Shown: one piece after another, positions 59,529-64,000 of the stretch
Layout of the letters: every line of letters starts with the position of its first letter
Numbering within the stretch: the stretch's first letter is position 1
Assembly (NCBI GenBank): GCA_037481835.1
Contig: JBBFKW010000016.1
Coordinates: 32,001-96,000, forward strand
DNA length: 64,000 nt
Source of the DNA: Desulfosoma sp.
Lineage (GTDB): Bacteria; Desulfobacterota; Syntrophobacteria; Syntrophobacterales; DSM-9756
Reading direction: 5' to 3'
Notes under the pieces: generated by a model
What the model saw: only the letters and a program-made list of their open reading frames with translations
Database searches by the model: none
What the model was told of the DNA's origin: nothing
Translations under genes and position numbers: made by a program

Positions 59529-60519
59529 GGAGGACCATGACCAGCTGCCGTGCCAGCAGGGGGGCGTTGCCTCCCGCCCGGTTGTTCACGATCACGCACA
59601 CCGTTTGATGCCCTTGAATCCCCCGTGCCACGAGCTGCGCCGTATCACGAAACATGCTGGGCTGGACCATGTCCTCCATGAGGCGATCAAAAGGGTGGGC
59701 CCGAGCGTAGGCTTCTTCGTAACGCATGCCCCGCGGGGTCAGAAGGCGCACGACGACCAGGCCCGATGCGTTGAAAAACCGCCGACCGCTTTTCTGCCAT
59801 TGGCTTAAAAGCGTAGGGAGCCATGTCCAGTGGGAGAACACCTGGCCTACGCCGTGATCGGCCAGAACCCGAAACACCGGTTCGCACAAGTAGCTTTCGG
59901 TCCTGAGCTCCACATGATAACGGGGATCTTGGGGGGCTGCGCGGAAAAACGCGTCCAGACGACGGGCCAGGTCGGCGGGATCCATGCGATCGGCTTTCCT
60001 GTGATATTCCTGTTCGAAGAGGAAGGCCGCAAGCCGATCGCCCAGCAACGCCACAGCGGGTTCGTAAAAGGCCTTCCGAAAGAGGCCGGGGTCAAGAAAG
60101 CTGGGATTTTCCGAAGCGTTCTTTCCCGTCCAGAACCGATATGCGCAGATCTTTTGGGGCACTTTCAGAAGGACTCGGGCTCCAGGCAGGAGATGTTCGG
60201 CGTACCGGGCCAGGGTTCTATGACTTTCGGTGGGGAGACCTTCCGGGGACAACAGGAGGCTGTAAAAGGTGAAATCCAATTCCAAAGCGGAAAAGTGCTC
60301 AAAGTATTCGCGGACGCTGTCGATGGGAAGAACCGCGGAGGTGAAGCTTTCGGACCCCACCTTTTGGACCCTTTGGCTCATCCGGCCTTCGTAGCGCGAC
60401 GCCGTGTAGATCTGCCCGATCCAGCCGCTGTAGCGGTCGCTCGCCGTACCGAGAAGCAGCTGAGGGTGAAGGTCCCGAAACACGAAACGGGAGGCCGCCT
60501 CTAAGGGATCGGCGTGCAT
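59470..60519 (-). CDS. DUF72 domain protein
   Basis: GTASDRY..W.GQIY, ELDFTFY, LKVPQ, VELR, NNRAGGNAP; start after AGGAGG. Confidence 0.8.
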   Translation of the reverse strand: MHADPLEAASRFVFRDLHPQLLLGTASDRYSGWIGQIYTASRYEGRMSQRVQKVGSESFTSAVLPIDSVREYFEHFSALELDFTFYSLLLSPEGLPTESHRTLARYAEHLLPGARVLLKVPQKICAYRFWTGKNASENPSFLDPGLFRKAFYEPAVALLGDRLAAFLFEQEYHRKADRMDPADLARRLDAFFRAAPQDPRYHVELRTESYLCEPVFRVLADHGVGQVFSHWTWLPTLLSQWQKSGRRFFNASGLVVVRLLTPRGMRYEEAYARAHPFDRLMEDMVQPSMFRDTAQLVARGIQGHQTVCVIVNNRAGGNAPLLARQLVMVLHESSVLSGPKSRHGEGPKS

Positions 60520-60584
60520 TCCGGCCTCCTCGGGCATGAACCATTGCGGATGCGCCGCAGACAGGGCCGCATCTGCACGATGGA

Positions 60585-60872
60585 TCACGAGGGTTTGGAG
60601 CGTTCCTCCGCGCGGGACGAGGAACGTTTTCTTTCCGACCAGCGCTTCAAGAAACGACCGATGGAGCTTTCCGCCATGGGGGATGGGGCCGAAGGGGTTT
60701 TCAGGACCCCTTGCGCCTGCAGCGCTGCTTGGAGACACGAGCGCACCTCCGGGCACTGGAGGCACTCCCGTTGAGGCTCAATAAAGCCGTCCTCATTTCG
60801 GGGACATACCCTTTCGGGATCCCCGAAACAGGACGGCGTGATTCTCTCCGGCTCCACAGGCGTGTTTTCCAT
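60585..60872 (-). CDS. Small Cys-rich hypothetical protein
   Basis: CFG...VCP...CLQC....C; starts 6 bp after the khpA stop. Confidence 0.65.
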   Translation of the reverse strand: MENTPVEPERITPSCFGDPERVCPRNEDGFIEPQRECLQCPEVRSCLQAALQAQGVLKTPSAPSPMAESSIGRFLKRWSERKRSSSRAEERSKPS

Positions 60873-60878
60873 AGCGGC

Positions 60879-61124
60879 TTATTCCAGGATTTCCAGCACG
60901 GCCCTCTTACGGAGCTTGGTCGCCGCAGCGTTCATGATCGTGCGAATGGCGTGGGCGTTTCGACCTTCCTTGCCGATAATCTTTCCCAGATCTTCCTTGG
61001 CGGCCCGCAGCTCGATCACCGAGAGCTGGTGACCGTTGATTTCGCGCACCTGAACTTTGTCGGGATATTCCGCCAAAGCGCGAGCGATGTATTCGACCAG
61101 GTTCTTGATTTCGCTGTCACCCAT
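60879..61124 (-). CDS. khpA: KH-domain RNA-binding protein
   Basis: [28 protein letters not shown]. Confidence 0.9.
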   Translation of the reverse strand: MGDSEIKNLVEYIARALAEYPDKVQVREINGHQLSVIELRAAKEDLGKIIGKEGRNAHAIRTIMNAAATKLRKRAVLEILE

Positions 61125-61317
61125 GAACGTCTCCCCCCGCTTGCGTGGCCATGGAATTTAGAATGCGCAGCACACTTTAGAAAAGAAAGCACAAAATGCG
61201 TTTGAAAGAGACCTCATCAAGCGCCGCACACCACGCGGGCGCTCCAACTGTCGCTGCCTTAGGGGTTTTCGCAAGAGGCTGATAATGACGGCACCGTGGA
61301 TTCTCAATACACGGCGC

Positions 61318-61346
61318 ACTGTAGAGAATCCACGGGACCCTGTCAA
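61318..61346 (-). promoter_or_regulatory. Sigma70-type promoter upstream of khpA
   Basis: TTGACA-17 nt-TACAGT on the minus strand. Confidence 0.6.
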
Positions 61347-61395
61347 GGGAAGAGAAGAGCGGGTTTCGAAACGTGTTTCGGGGACGGAGGTCCTC

Positions 61396-62058
61396 TTAGG
61401 GTTCACATCGGTGTTTGATGTTAACCCCCTGGACGATGAAAATAACACTTTCGGCGATATTCGTCGTTTGGTCGGCCACCCGTTCCAGACATCGCGCGGC
61501 GATGATGGCCTGCACCGCTCTTTCGATGCTGCGGCTTTCGGTGACCATGAGGTCGATCATGCGCCGCAGGACTTTATCGTTCAGTTCGTCGGCCTCGTCG
61601 TCCATCTGGCAGACATCGTAGGCCTGGCTGATGTTTTGGCGGGCAAAGGAGTCGATGGCCACCCGCAGCATGTCCATGGCGGTTTCGGCCAAGGCGTCCA
61701 ACTCGGGAATGAACTCCAGTGGGGGTCTCTGCGCGAGAAATTGGGCTCGCTGCGCGATGTTCACCGCCTGATCAGCGATCCGTTCCAAGTCGATGCTCAT
61801 GCGCAGGGCTCCGATGATAAAACGTAAGTCTTTGGCCACGGGTTGTTCCAAGGCCAGCAGGGAAAGGCACAGGTTGTCGATCTTCATTTCCAGCTGGTTG
61901 ACCACATGGTCTTCCGCGATGACCTGGGCGGCGAGCTTTTCATCTCGGGTTTTGAAAGCCTGGAGGGCCTTGTGCATGGCTTTTTCAGTGAGAGCCGCCA
62001 TTTCCAGCACGGTCATTCTCAGTTCTTCCATCTGCCGGATAAAATGTGATTTCATCAC
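61396..62058 (-). CDS. phoU: Phosphate signalling complex protein
   Basis: QPVAKDLR, DLERIADQAVNIA, LERVADQTTNIAE. Confidence 0.95.
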   Translation of the reverse strand: MMKSHFIRQMEELRMTVLEMAALTEKAMHKALQAFKTRDEKLAAQVIAEDHVVNQLEMKIDNLCLSLLALEQPVAKDLRFIIGALRMSIDLERIADQAVNIAQRAQFLAQRPPLEFIPELDALAETAMDMLRVAIDSFARQNISQAYDVCQMDDEADELNDKVLRRMIDLMVTESRSIERAVQAIIAARCLERVADQTTNIAESVIFIVQGVNIKHRCEP

Positions 62059-62080
62059 GTCGACTCCAAGGAAACTTTGG

Positions 62081-63889
62081 TCAGCTTTCGGCGCTCTTTT
62101 TCTCTTCGGGTTCGGCGGCCTGTTTTACCGTGAACAAGAATGCCGAGCCTCGGTCCTTGCCCCGCACCGGGCTTTCCACCCAGATCCGTCCCCCCATGTT
62201 CTGCACGATATGGCGGCAGATGGCAAGCCCGAGCCCCGTGCTTCCCGTGGAGGTTTCTCTTTGCCTGTCCACGCGATAGAAGCGTTCAAACACCCGGGCT
62301 TGGTGTTCGGAAGGAATGCCGGGTCCCTCGTCTTCGACGGCGAAAAGGATCGTCTCCTCCCGCACTTCGGCCCGGATGCGGATGGGTGTGTTCGGGCGGC
62401 TATAGCGCACGGCGTTGTCCAAGAGATTTTGAAAAACCTGGACCAGTGAATCCCGTTCGGCCCGGACCCACAGGGGGCGGTCGGGCAAAAGGGTCTGGAT
62501 TTCCATGTTCTTCTTCCGGGCCTCCGGAAGGCATGTTTCCACGGCCGAAGCAATGGCCGAGACGGCGTCCACGGCGGTTTCGGGGATTTGAGGCGGCTGG
62601 CTTTCCAGGCGAGTCAGGGTGAGCAGATCGTTGACCATGCGGCTCATATGGTTGGCTTTGCGCACGATGGTTTCGATGAACATTTTGGCTTCTTCGTCTT
62701 GGGCGCACGGGCTTTCCAGCAGGGTTTCCGCATAGCCCTTGACGGCGGTCAGCGGGGTGCGCAGTTCGTGGGAGACATTGGCCACGAAATCGCGGCGGAT
62801 TCTCGCCAGCCGCTTCAGCTCCGTGATGTCGTGCAGGACGATGACCGCCCCCCTCGGCACTACCGGGCTGTGCAGGGAGACCACGTGGACGTCGAAGAAT
62901 CGGTCCGGATCCAGGACAACTTCCAGGTGCACGCTGTCTTGACCCGCCAAGACCCGGTCACAGGCCTTCTGCAATTCCGCGTTCAAGAAGACTTCCAAGG
63001 GTTTCAACCCCAAGGGCGATTGGGTCCCGCGCTGGATGTGCAAGGCCGCACGGTTGGCGGCCGTGATCCGCCCTTGGCCGTCCAGGAGAAGCACCCCTTC
63101 CTTCATGCCTTCCAGAATGGCGTGGAGTTGGGCCCGCTGATCTTCCATGCTTTTGAATTGCGTCTCAATCCGCTGGGCGACATCCACAAGCGTCTCTCCC
63201 AAGGCGTCCAAGACGGGATACCCCGACGGGCGCAGTCGAGGGCGTTCCCGGCGTCCCATGGCGCGCACCATTTCCAGCATGGGCGCCAGGGGTTTTTCCA
63301 TGAGCCGGGAGAGAAAAAAAGAGAGGACGCCGGTCGCCGCGAAAGACAGCCCCAAGATCACGGCCAGGTGCAGGCGCTGCTGGTCCAACTTTTCCTTGAT
63401 CTGCGAAACCGGCATGGCGATGCGCACGACGCCGTCAGGAAGGTTCGTGATGCCGGAGACGGGCATGGCGCCGTAGAGGAGTTCCTTGCGCAATGTGTCG
63501 CTTCGCCGCACGCTGAACCCGAAACCTTCGCGGCGGGCCGCCGCCACTTCCGGCCGATTCCAATGGTCTTCCATGAACCCGAGTTTGTCGTAGGGCACGT
63601 CGCTGTCGGCCACCACCCGCCCCCCTTGGGCGATGTAGGTGATCCGGATTCCCAAGAGGCTTCCCACTTGGGTGCACCAGTCGTCCAAATCGCTCAGCCA
63701 CTGGAAAGGTTCGTGGCTCGTAAGCGCCCAAAGGACAAAGGTCAGGTTTTGACGGATTCGGGCTCTGGATTCGTCCATAAGGACCTGGTGCAGCTGGCGA
63801 TGGAAATAGGACACGGGCGCCAGCACACACAGCAGGAGCACAACCCAAAAGGCGAGGAGCAATCTGGTGCGCACGCTCACGGGCTTCAT
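62081..63889 (-). CDS. phoR: Phosphate regulon sensor histidine kinase
   Basis: 2 TMs, [46 protein letters not shown]. Confidence 0.92.
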   Translation of the reverse strand: MKPVSVRTRLLLAFWVVLLLCVLAPVSYFHRQLHQVLMDESRARIRQNLTFVLWALTSHEPFQWLSDLDDWCTQVGSLLGIRITYIAQGGRVVADSDVPYDKLGFMEDHWNRPEVAAARREGFGFSVRRSDTLRKELLYGAMPVSGITNLPDGVVRIAMPVSQIKEKLDQQRLHLAVILGLSFAATGVLSFFLSRLMEKPLAPMLEMVRAMGRRERPRLRPSGYPVLDALGETLVDVAQRIETQFKSMEDQRAQLHAILEGMKEGVLLLDGQGRITAANRAALHIQRGTQSPLGLKPLEVFLNAELQKACDRVLAGQDSVHLEVVLDPDRFFDVHVVSLHSPVVPRGAVIVLHDITELKRLARIRRDFVANVSHELRTPLTAVKGYAETLLESPCAQDEEAKMFIETIVRKANHMSRMVNDLLTLTRLESQPPQIPETAVDAVSAIASAVETCLPEARKKNMEIQTLLPDRPLWVRAERDSLVQVFQNLLDNAVRYSRPNTPIRIRAEVREETILFAVEDEGPGIPSEHQARVFERFYRVDRQRETSTGSTGLGLAICRHIVQNMGGRIWVESPVRGKDRGSAFLFTVKQAAEPEEKKSAES

Positions 63890-64000
63890 GAAACGCTCCG
63901 TTCCCGAAACCGGTATCCCACGCCCCGAATCGTTTCCACCAGATGCGCATAGGGGCCCAGCTTTTGGCGAAGGCGCCGGATGTGGGTGTCCACCGTACGG
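63886..64000 (-). CDS. phoB: 3' end (partial) of OmpR/PhoB response regulator
   Basis: [15 protein letters not shown]...[14 protein letters not shown] overlap with phoR. Confidence 0.85.
   Translation of the reverse strand, partial: RTVDTHIRRLRQKLGPYAHLVETIRGVGYRFRERSVS

Overview
GC-rich bacterial chromosome segment; gene content and order suggest a Desulfobacterota/Syntrophobacterales-type anaerobe (inference). From left to right: (1) 1-4180 is the decayed edge of a defence island next to the 3' end of tRNA-Thr(CGT). It holds the start of a probable DUF499 ATPase gene, an hsdS stub, an intact fic gene between duplicated hsdM/hsdS junctions, and an hsdM pseudogene. (2) ridA and a tightly coupled operon of three glycosyltransferases, a metallophosphoesterase, a Ser/Thr kinase-DUF1566 fusion and a YihY-family gene. 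(3) Core genes proB-proA-nadD-rsfS-M48/TPR-serA-DUF1844-ispE-tRNA-Gln-prs-rplY-pth-hppA-carD-PIN/TRAM-rluD-PC4. The Prs has lost several catalytic motifs. (4) A DsrE-like gene read through UGA (UxxC plus SECIS-like hairpin), most likely a selenoprotein. (5) A sigma54-type locus with a LIV-type ABC transporter, PAS-bEBP, gabT and an aldehyde:ferredoxin oxidoreductase. It is followed by a visibly AT-richer block with a gdh remnant, DUF1097, LamB/PxpA and a four-gene split urea-carboxylase-like biotin enzyme, closed by a dead IS1380. Together these may form an undescribed anaerobic lactam -> omega-amino acid -> dicarboxylate pathway. (6) usp, tRNA-Leu, ribF, hflX (probable AUC start), paaK, dnaB-rplI-DUF2232-rpsR-rpsF with an S6:S18 leader, ftsB, a RACo-like ASKHA gene, YkgJ, DUF72, khpA and phoU-phoR-phoB(partial). 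No CRISPR array or rRNA was seen. All family calls come from reading motifs by eye, not from database searches.
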